Origin: Octopus vulgaris
Taxonomy: Eukaryota
Reading direction: 5' to 3'
NCBI GenBank assembly: GCA_951406725.2
Contig: OX597814.1
Location: 212,846,001 to 212,910,000, forward strand
Length of the DNA: 64,000 nt
Shown here: positions 53,333 through 64,000 of the stretch, one piece after another
How the letters are laid out: the number at the start of each line of letters is the position of its first letter
How positions within the stretch are numbered: the stretch's first letter is position 1
Position numbers and translations under genes: made by a program
Notes under the pieces: generated by a model
The model's input: only the letters and a program-made list of their open reading frames with translations
Told to the model about the DNA's origin: nothing
Database searches by the model: none

Positions 53333-53535
53333 TTCGAATTTTGGCACAAGTCCAGCAATGTATTGGGCGGTGTGTAAGTTCACTTCCTCAACTCCAGGAC
53401 TCAACTGGTATGTATTTCTTTGTCCCCTGAATGATGAAAGGTAAAATCTACGGAATTTGAACTCGCAACGTGAAAATGGACGAAATGCCGCTAAGCATTT
53501 CGCTTGACGTGCTGGCGATACTGCCAGCTCGAACC
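53333..53535 (-). mobile_element. Family A SINE, degenerate
   Basis: cggaatttgaactc..gacgaaatgccgctaagcatttcg..ctgccagctcg is the reverse complement of the family A head. Confidence 0.75.
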
Positions 53536-54478
53536 TTAAGCTATTTTGTTATATTAACAGTGTATTTCTAAATGAAATGTATTACAATAGTTGTAATTCC
53601 ATGGGAAATATGTAGATATTAAATTTTAAAACGTCTCCAGTGATGAAAAATCAGATGTTTTACGTTTACAATTGAAGCGTTTAGTAACAGACCGTCGTAA
53701 GTGCCACAACTTAAAAACTGAGGAGACGCAGTCAAAGATTCATAACATTCGGAATGAAGTTATGAAGCTGGTTTTGGTCTTAAAATAACCGTGAAAACCT
53801 CCTCTAATCATCCCATCTATGTAGAATTATATATTTACGTATGCATCTGAAAGATGAAACAATGGCTGCGTCTTCCTCATTTTGTAGAATATACCGGTAT
53901 TTGAAACGGTGTATCGCATTGCATATTTTAGCCAAAATACCTAGGAAAACATACAGAGACCCCTTAGATGTTCTGTTACTAAGCGCCTTAATTATACGTG
54001 TATTAAAATTTGTGGAGACATTTTTAGCTGTAAAACCGCTACGTCAAACTGCATAATTATACAAGTATGCATCACAGTTAAAAAAACACCTCTTCAGAAT
54101 ATATGCTATATTTTCGCTTTTTATTATTCCTAACAAGATTTATTCTTCTAAAAATTGTGCGATGATGATTATAAATGTTTATCGAAGTACTGTAATTTCG
54201 CGTCGCGCTCTCTATAATGCTAATATTTATTCGTTACTGAATTCCAAGTGACATACACAAAGTTAACAATACTGAGACTGGAATCAGCTCTAACCCTAAG
54301 ATCTAATTATATAATTATATGAATGAGTTCCATTCGAAATCTATATAATTAATGGCCGTTTGTATTACGAGAGAAAATTAACACATCATACTAGTACAAA
54401 CCTGCATATATCACTGTGCAGTCCCAAAACGTGGCTTGTAGAATATATGAAATATAACGAATATAAACTCGTCCAAGT

Positions 54479-54750
54479 GGAGGCACTTGATCGAGGGATC
54501 GTGGGTTCGAATCTCAGACCGGGCGATGTGTGTGTTTATGAGCGAAAAACCCAAGCTCCACGTGGCTCCGGCAGAAGGTATTTGCTAACTTCTGCTGACT
54601 CTTTCGCCACAACTTTCTTTCACTCTTTCATTCTGCATCTTGCAGCTCACCTGCGACGGACCGGCATCCCGTCCAGGTGGGGGACCTATATGCCAAGGAA
54701 ACTTGGAAACCGGCCCTAATGAGATAGGCGTGGCTTGAGAAGGAACAAAC
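54479..54750 (+). mobile_element. SINE with a family C-type 5' half and a different 3' half (family D), 16-bp TSD
   Basis: TSD ataaactcgt(c/t)caagt at 54463-54478 and 54751-54766. B box ggttcgaatctc retained, A-box region deleted. Confidence 0.85.
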
Positions 54751-54950
54751 ATAAACTCGTTCAAGTTAAGCCTATTATGAACCTTATATGAAAGTCAAGC
54801 ACAATGACTTCATCGCATATTTTTTAATAGCAGCTAGAGCTTTTTCAGAATTTTAGGGAATTACTTGGCTGGACAATAAACTTATATTAGATTTCTTAAA
54901 TGAAACAAAATTTCACAGAAATCTAGAATGTTAGGGAGAATGGATTCAGT

Positions 54951-55188
54951 TACGATGGGCTGCTGAAAGGTTGCTGGCTTTAAAGGCATGGCGAAAGACA
55001 TGGTTGAAAGGCCAAACTTCCGAGTTCATTTACATGGCTTACAAAAGATTAAGGACGGCTGCATTAAGTGTGTGAATCTGGTGAGTGAGGGAGGGGGGGT
55101 AATATGCTTAGTAAAAATCATAATTAACTGATCTTCCTGTATTTTCTTTTATCCAGAACCAGTCATTTTCAGTCCCTCCCTCTTCGTA
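54951..55188. mobile_element. Tc1/mariner-type MITE
   Basis: TA-flanked with imperfect TIRs tacgatgggctgctgaaaggttgctggctt / aaccagtcattttcagtccctccctcttcgta. Internal ctgcattaagtgtgtgaatct resembles mariner transposase 3' ends. Confidence 0.6.
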
Positions 55189-55223
55189 TGGTGATATGAA
55201 ATTCTATTAACAGCTACCAGATG

Positions 55224-55255
<32 letters not shown>

Positions 55256-55569
55256 ATTCAGGGCGAATACTTGATAAATGCAAGCACCTGTATATGCCAG
55301 GTGAGAGGATATATGTATCAAATGAAATAAAATGAAAAACAGAGCAATTGCATGCGGCTGAAGATGGCTTTTAAACTATGTTATCTCGATTATGCATTGA
55401 TGTAATAATAAGTGGTTCTATAAAGCTCGAAACATATATATATATATAATGTGACCGAGTGTGTACCGTTGGCGATTTTTTTCCTCTGTCTCCCTTTCTC
55501 TGGATCTTTCCTTCTCCTATGTTTCCCACGAAGAGCTCCGCTTGAAACGTTAAACCCTCCTTCTTTCCT

Positions 55570-55626
<57 letters not shown>

Positions 55627-56152
55627 TGTGTGTGTGTGTCTCTGTGTGTGTGTGTGTGTGTGTATGTGTGTATGTGTATAGAATTGAATAAATAGAGTGA
55701 AGAATGTATGTATGCATATATACTTCAATGTTCCGTTATATGTAAGATCAACAAAAACGTATTCCATCTAGTGTGAGTTAAATATATCATTTAATGTACA
55801 CAGTATTAAAATAGGAGCTGCTAGCAGTTTCATGACACGGGGGCACGGTAATTCGGTAGATTTATATAATGTTAATTTTCTCCAAGCAATATTTCAGGCT
55901 CTCTCCACGTAGACAAACTTGTTTAAGAACCTGGATGCTGCTGCATGAGAAAACACGAGAAAAAAACCCCGAAAAGATTGAAGCGAAAAGTGACAGGAGA
56001 AAAGAATGGGTGAATTCAAACGCTAAGAGAAAATTCAATTAGTCTAGCAGGTGTTGAATAATTCAAAGCTAAGGGGGCAAAAGTCTGGGACACAACTGCT
56101 GAATATGAATAGGTTGCTGTCTTCCAAACTTCTTTTTTTTGTCTAATATATA

Positions 56153-56218
<66 letters not shown>

Positions 56219-56460
56219 TAAATCTTAGTGTAGCAGAAAAAACTTATAGACAAATTCTTTGCTACCAGTGGTCTAGCGAGAAGGAAAGAATTAGTCAATA
56301 GACTATATGTTATGCACAGAAAAATACAGTGTACATTTAAACACATAACAGATGACCATAATAGGACATCTGACTGACTAGAAAGAGCAGTTAAATCTCC
56401 AAGCCAATAATAGTTGCAATTCTGAAAGGGAATGAAAAATAAAAACATTTACCCTATCTT

Positions 56461-56539
56461 TCCTGGACTATGCATAGTTTCGGCAATCTTATGTAAATTT
56501 TAATTTTAATTTACAACTGGCGTTGCCTCATCAGCAGGA
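56461..56539 (-). ncRNA. Canonical type I hammerhead ribozyme (unit 1)
   Basis: Minus strand tcctg CTGATGA ggcaa-[36 nt]-ttgcc GAAA ctatgcatag TC cagga. All core nucleotides present, perfect stems I and II, palindromic stem III, GUC triplet. Confidence 0.92.
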
Positions 56540-56938
56540 TGCCAAGGCTCACATTCAGACACGAGGCGATAAAGAACATGACTCTTGTTTATATGTTATA
56601 ATTTTGAAAATCCTCCGCGCACGCGCGGATTTTCCGGCATTAAGTGGATTGCCGATTTTCTTTCAAAATTAGCCAAAACACTTTTATCATTAATTAATAA
56701 ATCTTGGGGCAGCAGAAACAATATGTAGAAAAATTCTTGCTACCAGTGGTCTAGCGAGAATGAAGAAATTAGCCAATAGACTATATGTTATTCACAGAAA
56801 AATACCGTGTACATTTAAACACATAACAGATGACCATAATAGGACATCTGACTGACTAGAAAGAGCAGTTACATCTCCAAGCCCCTAATAGTTGCAATTC
56901 TGAAAGGGAATGAAAAATAAAAACATTTACCCTATCTT

Positions 56939-57024
56939 TCCTGGACTATGCATAGTTTCGGCAATCTTATGTAAATAAAATAAAATGATTTTAAGTTACA
57001 ACTGGCGTTCCCTCGTCAGCAGGA
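56939..57024 (-). ncRNA. Type I hammerhead ribozyme (unit 2)
   Basis: Minus strand tcctg CTGACGA gggaa-[loop]-ttgcc GAAA ctatgcatag TC cagga. Core intact, one G-G mismatch in stem II. Confidence 0.88.
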
Positions 57025-57555
57025 TTCCAAGGTTCAAATTTAGACACGAGGCGATAAAGAACATGCCTCGTGTTTATATGTTACAATTTTTCAAAATCCT
57101 CCGCGCACGCGCGGATTTTCCGGCAGTAGGTGGATTGACGATTTTCTTTCAAAATTAGCCAAAAAACTTTTATCATTAATTAATAAATCTTAGCGCAGCA
57201 GAAACAATTTGTAGAAAAATTCTTTGCTACCAGTGGTCTAGCGAGAAGGAAAAAATTAGTCAATAGACTATATGTTATTCATAGAAAAATACAGTGTGCA
57301 TTTAAACACATAAGAGACGACCATAAAAGGACATCTGACTCACTAGAAAGAGCAGTTAAATCTCCAAGCCCACTAATAGTTGCATTTCTGAAAGGGAATG
57401 AAAAATAAAAATATTTAATGTTAGAAACCGACAATGTAGATAGCCCTGAGCTCGGGTTGTGTGCTGCATTGGAAATGCACTATCTACCCTATCTACACAC
57501 AAACGCACACAGATACACTCACACGCATATATATATATAGATATATAGATAGATA

Positions 57556-57618
<63 letters not shown>

Positions 57619-57818
57619 CCATGTAACCACATACATGCAGTTCGTAGAATTTTTCATTTTCTGCACTTTTTGTTTATCCTCTTCCTGATTAAGAGCAACA
57701 CTCAAAACGTTAAAATTCCACTCATTTTCCAGCTTTACTGAGTGTCAGGGTAATACATTCCATATGCATGTAGTCTTGTTATTTCGTTCTTGTTATTTGT
57801 AATGTTCGATTTGAATAT

Positions 57819-57890
<72 letters not shown>

Positions 57891-58227
57891 CAGACAGAAT
57901 GAGATAACAAAGCCAAGGATGCGATGAGTTCAGGACATTTATAATAAAGTGAAAACTCCTCACAGCCTTGATTTTTCATCTCATTCTATCTAATATATAT
58001 ATATATATGCATGCTAATACAAACCCACACTAGACTCCTCAATCGTCGAATCAAGAGTTTAACTACGATCTACCCATAGGACTTACTTAGCGTTATCCGA
58101 CACTCTTTGAGTCTTCAAGATACCAATACTTATCTCATATATATATATATGTGTGTGTGTGTATGTGTGTGTGTATGTGTGTGTGTGTATGTATGTATGA
58201 ATATATGTATATCTATATGTATGTATG

Positions 58228-58274
<47 letters not shown>

Positions 58275-58398
58275 AACGGGAAACTCAGAGTAACAGGTTT
58301 TGTTGAATTTTCTGCTGCTTTAAGTAAAGCATATTACTCTACCACTGGTACTTGAGTACTCTTTTTTCCACCTTGTTTCACATTTATGTGTTTACTCC

Positions 58399-58431
<33 letters not shown>

Positions 58432-58435
58432 CTCT

Positions 58436-60455
58436 CTAGTTTCAGCTCAGAGCTGCGGCCATGCTGATGCACCACCGTTTTGCTACACTGTTATCACTAA
58501 GAACTACCTCTAATATGTGGCACTTGGTGAAGAATGGAGATTGATAGAGCTACCCTCATTTGCACCTCTTGCCGTGAGGTAGGTTCATCTGGGACTCTCG
58601 ACAGGAAGATGTCCAGCTTTGACTTACAAACCCCTACATTTACTTTGTACAAGTTCCTCAGACTCTTTGGGAGAATATTAAAACGCTGTGGGCCCTTGAA
58701 CCCAGGTTATGGCAGTAAATGGTCCTGAAGCATGATGGCATTGCTGGTATATTTGGCACTATGCAGTGTGGTCCCGTTGTGGCATTGTTGTAGCTTTCAA
58801 TGCCAAAATTTGGCACAATTCCTTCCAGGATCTTCCAGACATATATTACTGCATACCTCTCCCGTCTTCTCTCCCGAGCGTTGAGTCTTAGCTGTTTCAA
58901 CCTTTCCCAGTAGCTGAGTTGTTGCAAAGAGACGATCTTCTTTCTGAATCCTTTCTAGATTGCTTCAAGGTCCGCTGTTAATTTCACACTGGTGGGTGAC
59001 CATAGCTGTGAGCAGTAATCCAGGTTGCTGAGGACGAATGTCCGCCAGAGGTCCATCATGGTTTTTCTTATCTCTGCTTCTGAATGTTCTTAGGATCCAT
59101 CCAGCCAGTCGGCTGTACTTTGTAGCCATCCTGACAATGTGCACAGAGATATTATCGCTCATGTCGATACCCAGGTCCCTCACTGATTTAGGCTCTGCGA
59201 TTGAAATTCCCTGTGGACCGGTGGACCCTGTAAGTTTCATGTTTAGTTTTGGATGCTATTAGCTCAGGGCTTGGAATTTTTCAGCTTTAAACTGCATATT
59301 ATTATCCTCAGCAACATGTAAATTGAATCCAACCCATCGCTGGCGTTCTGTATTTTCTGCGAGACTTTTGTATCTTCTGCATAGCTTGCCAGAGTGGCTA
59401 TCCGGGCATTTCTGGGCATATCTGAGAGAGCCACTATAAAACGCAGTGGTCCCAAGACAGTGCCCTGTGGAACACCGCTCACTATTTGTGTGTTCATAGA
59501 GGTGGCTCCATTAACCACTACTGCCTGACTCCTATCTTTCAGAAAGTCATGTAACCACTCTCCAAGTTTTCCAGCTATGCCGAGGTCACGCAGTTTGTGG
59601 CATATCATACCATGAGCCACCTTGTCAAAAGCTTTTGCAAAATCAAGGTAGATTATGTCCACATTTGATTTGTTGAGTAACTGCCTCAACACCCAGTCAT
59701 AATGTTGTAAAAGCTGGGTCAGGCAGTTCCTGCCTGGTCGAAAACCATGCTGGGTATCACCCAGCAAGTTATTTTCTTCAAGGAATGCGTTTAGTTTCCG
59801 TCTGACTATCCGTTCCATGACTTTGCTGATGTGTGAAGTCAGAGAGACAGGCCTATAGGTGTTGGCATCTGCTCTACTTTCCCCTTTTTGTATTGGGCAT
59901 ATTATTCCCTCCTTCAGCTTGCTTGGCAGCCTGCCATTTGTAAGAAAGCTCTGGAGGAGAATCTGGAGGGGTTTTGCCAGGGCATGCTTACACGATTTGA
60001 GGAGGATTGGTGGGAAACCATCAGGACCAGCAGTAGAGTTTGTGTCCACTTCATCTATGGCTAGTAGTATATCTTTTTCACTAATGTCAATGTTTTTCAT
60101 AGTAGCTGCTTCGCTGGTTATAGATAAGGTGGTAAAGAAGACCACTGTTTCGTTCACTTGTCTGTTTTCCAACGGGGTGGTAAAGACCCTTTTGAACTGG
60201 TCATTCAGCATCTCACTGATCTTAGTTGGACTGTCTGTGAGGGAGCCATCCTTTTGGAGGAGGGGTCCTATCTTGTAGTGTACTGAGACTGTTTCTTTCG
60301 CGTAATGAAAGAAGGCCTTTGGGTTTGATTTAATGTTTTTTATAACCCAGGCTCGTTTGTCTGCTTTCTCCCTCACATAGCATTGTTGCAGACTTTTTTC
60401 GATCTCCATCAGTGTTGTTTTTAGGCGGGACGTTTCGCTACTTTTTGGGATGGTA
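58436..60455 (-). mobile_element. CR1-clade LINE, 5'-truncated, RT pseudogene with intact 3' end
   Basis: ORF 59264-60484: KSNPKAFFHY, AGPDGFPP, YRPVSLTSHISKVMERIV, QHGFRPGRNC, YLDFAKAFDKV, SGVPQGTVLGP and YAEDTK (YADD mutated). Continues with frameshifts to LSYWERLKQLRL..RRRERY. 3' stem-loop tail present. Confidence 0.93.
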
Positions 60456-62284
60456 GTTGAGTCGATATACTTATATCCTACCATACATGAAGTTTAGATA
60501 TCTTACTACTGTTAAATAAATACATAAAACAGCATAGTTAGTAATAAATAAAAGTGTTCGTAATTCTAAATTTCTAGACAGAACGGAATATATTTAGAAT
60601 GTCGAAAACAAATATATTATACGTAGAAAACGTTACCTATTGTAACTAATTTTATGACGGAAAACAGAAATGTAACTATATGACTAAATAGGTGATATAA
60701 CATTCTTCAACGTTCAACAGAACCATGGAAGGAAACGACAGGGGAAATGGGTAGCATTGACCAGAAAAAAGACAGATTAAAACGAAAGATAATCGATACA
60801 ACTGAAATAGTTGGAGGAATGCCAAAGACAAATTTATAGAGGACAAAGTTTTATATAGGAATGCACTCTGAAGACTACCGTGTAAAACAAAGGGAAGATT
60901 TAAAGAGTCCAAGAGAAGGAGCAGAGTGTGGGGATAAATTTAAAAGCAGTAATACTTTCTTTTGTCTATATATTCAGCAAATATAGCACAGTTTAATAGC
61001 TAAAGATATATGAAGTTCCAATTGACCATCTGAATTCACAGGTATGAGTAGGAAGTTAGTTATCCAAGAGTAAATGTCAGAAGTGACGTAATAATTTTAC
61101 CATCAAAGGATTATATGTTTGTGCATATACATATATGAAATAAGATTTTAACAAGGCTTTTAAAAGAGAATATATGGTAAGGATCTTTGTTTCAACGTCA
61201 AGTTAAAATAAATCTGAATATATGTCAGTGCATATCGAAAATTATAAAACAGTATTTTTGAATTTTCTGCTGATGGAACAATTCACATATGTACAGTAGC
61301 TAAGTATCTAAAACATTCGAACATTCACTGAAATTTAAATAAATATTGCTCAAACAGAAATAATGAATATTCTTCCAGATATCACTAGGCACATGCACAA
61401 ATCTTATAGTTAATGAGTTAACTTACATTCAAGAAGGAGCGGAAATGTAGCTGCTAAATAAGTGTAGGAAAAGAAAAGAAATGAAAAGAAGGTAATTTCT
61501 TTCTACATTTTAGATATAGATTCCTTCATATATAAGTAATAATGTTTCATACAATTATTCACCCAGCGCCCGTCTACAAGTTATAGTAAATTATACGTAA
61601 AAATACGTAAAAATGTATAGTTCAAATTTGTAGGGAAATTATATCCTTTAGCTTGGAAATAGTAATGGGCCTTTCCTGTTGAGTATATATATCTATGCGG
61701 GTATACGCACACGCGCGCCACACATTCTCATGCACAAATACGTGTATGTACGTCATTGTTCAGTTTTATTTCAAGATTTCCTGCCAATAGAAAAAGAGCC
61801 GGTTTCTAACCTAGATTAAAGGCTCCATTGACATTTCAACATCAACAACGGAGTATGTATGTGTGTATATATGTACGCATATATGTACGTATATGTGTAT
61901 AATCTTCAACGCTATGTAGAAGTACAGTGCTTAATATATTTGATATTTGAAGATTCACATTGTGAATAAATCATGAAAAATTTGCAGATCTCCATAGAAT
62001 TCCTACAATGAGGTCAAATGTAAATTTTTTAAATTAGAATTTTAAATAAAATGTCATGTGTATAGGGCCGGTGTGATTTGTGTATGCACACATTCAACTA
62101 ATCAAATTGTATCACTCACTGAAATATAGTAAAGGAAATAATCTATTCCAGTTGTACATATAAACTAACGATACATCTAAAACTAAATACTTAGCAACAC
62201 ATATACAAATAATTGATTATCTAAAGAGTGTATTAATGTTTCAGTTGATACCATCACCTTCAACATGTACATACATATGGGTGT

Positions 62285-62665
62285 GGAGGCGCAATGGCCC
62301 AGTGGTTAAGGCAGCAGACTCGCGGTCGTAGGATCGCGGTTTCGATTCCCAGACCGGGCGTTGTGAGTGTTTATTGAGCGAAAACACCTAAAAGCTCCAC
62401 GAGGCTCCGGCAGGGGATGGTGGTGATCCCTGCTGTACTCTTTCACCACAACTTACTCTTACTTCCTGTTTCTGTTGTACCTGTATTTCAAAGGGCCGGC
62501 CTTGTCACTCTCTGTGTCACGCTGAATATCCCCGAGAACTACGTTAAGGTAACACTGTCTGTGGAGTGCTCAGCCACTTACACGTTAATTTCACGAGCAG
62601 GCTGTTCCGTTGATTCGGATCAACCGGAACCCTCGTCGTCGTAACCGACGGAGTGCTTCCAAAAA
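62285..62665 (+). mobile_element. Full-length family C SINE with 10-bp TSD
   Basis: Highly similar to 34566-34951. TSD acatatgggt at 62273-62282 and 62666-62675. Confidence 0.9.
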
Positions 62666-62751
62666 ACATATGGGTACATACAGATATACATTTAAGCATC
62701 AATATATGTATATATACACTTATGCAATACACACACCCATATATATATATA

Positions 62752-63160
62752 TTCTTTTATTCTTTTACTTGTTTCGGTCATTTGACTGCGGCCATGCTGG
62801 AGGGCTTTAGCAGAGCAAATCGACCCCCAGGGCTAATTTGTCAAGCCTAGTACTTGTTTTATGGTCTCCTTTCGCGAACTGCTTCGTTACGGGGTTGTAA
62901 ACACACGAACACCGGTTATCAAGCCGCGATGGAGGGGGTAACCACAGACAACGAGACACACACACTCACACACATACACACATACACTTACACACACACA
63001 CACGACCGTCTTCTATCTGTTTCTGTTCACCAAATCCACCCACAAGGCTTTGGTGGGCCTGAGGCTATAGATGACGATATTTGCCAAGATGTCACGTAGT
63101 GGGACTGAACCCAGAACCATGTGATTTGGAAGCAAACATTTGACCACTCAGTCATGCCTA
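62752..63160 (-). mobile_element. Family B SINE, older copy
   Basis: Collinear with 5822-6224 but more diverged. Confidence 0.85.
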
Positions 63161-64000
63161 TCACGTGTGTTAATACATAATATGTGGTATGGAAGTGTGT
63201 GAGAAAGGCATATATGCCGAAAATAGTTGTAGTATTAGTACTAATAAAACAATGAAAAATATCGTAAATCAATCAAGTGTTCTGACAAAACTTCACTAAT
63301 TTTGCTAGATTTTATTTAGTTGTTTATATTACCCTTCTAGTAGTGGATGCTTTACTAAATTCAATGGGTACAGTCCATATGTTTATTTGTTCCATAGCGA
63401 CATTAGGTGATGGTCAGTCCTACACAATCTGTCGATTGTGAAGCACGCGGCTGGCTCACTTCCCAAACTCCATCATAGTGTATCTTTTCATAAACCCAGA
63501 TGGAATTTATTTTATACATAATCAACGTAGTTACATGTCCATGTAAAGCATAGATCTTTTCTTCATTTAGGTATTTTAAAGTTATCGTCTCTCTTTAGTT
63601 CGCAATAAATATGTGCAACACGTTATAATTATCAACATAATTAGCAATATAGTATTTAAAAGCACCTTTCACAATGAAGGTACAACCTCTAAAGATATCC
63701 TTTAGATATAGAAGAAATAAACAACAAAAATCTTGTAAATATGACCCTAAAAACAAAACATTATTTACTCATGACACGTCTGTGACATTCGTTGCTTGCA
63801 ATGTTTCCTTTCGTGCTAACTAGTATAGCACATCTAAAACAATTACTAATTCATGAAGTTCAAATTGTCGAAATTGGAACGTAAGGGTCGTACTTCTTTC
63901 TTAAAAAACAACCACATATCCATATACTGATGTACCTACCTACCTACCTACCTACCTACCTACCTACCTCCATAACAACCTACATACTATATACATACAT

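Larger units (their letters stand above)
56214..57417 (-). repeat. Tandem array of ~480-bp units (about 2.5 copies) carrying hammerhead ribozymes; candidate non-LTR retrozyme
   Basis: Units start attaataaatctt at 56214, 56693 and 57179 and are highly similar but not identical. No transposon-like ORF. Left edge abuts (TA)n. Confidence 0.9.

Noticed and set aside
56214-57417. CRISPR-like or assembly-duplication reading of the tandem array
   Set aside because: Units are ~480 bp with no unique spacers or cas genes, and the copies differ by many substitutions and indels.
57680-57716. cctgattaagagcaacactcaaaacgtt as a hammerhead
   Set aside because: Both core boxes are mutated (CTGATTA; AAAA for GAAA) and there is no stem I. 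At most a relic.

Overview
AT-rich eukaryotic DNA with no recognisable host protein-coding exon. The repeat landscape suggests an octopus or other cephalopod intergenic or intronic region; this is inferred from SINE/LINE families I recognise, not from a search. Almost all listed ORFs are microsatellite translations or decayed transposon fragments. Contents: several tRNA-derived SINE families (four copies with clear target-site duplications, TSDs); many R4/Dong-type LINE fragments in (TAA)n tracts; a 2-kb CR1-type LINE; a Tx1/L1-like fragment; several Penelope-like (PLE) fragments; a Gypsy LTR element lacking RT and nested in a SINE; a Helitron with both termini plus non-autonomous Helitrons; an Academ-type transposon with a 3-bp TSD; and a mariner MITE. 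The most interesting signal is a set of type I hammerhead ribozyme motifs. The best case is a ~480-bp non-coding tandem array (56214-57417) with a canonical hammerhead in each full unit, which has the architecture of a non-LTR retrozyme able to release ~478-nt monomers or circles. Further hammerheads of distinct sequence families sit in PLE terminal repeats within (TA)n tracts. Two SINE-LINE 3'-tail partnerships are also visible inside the window. All alignments and folds were done by eye.
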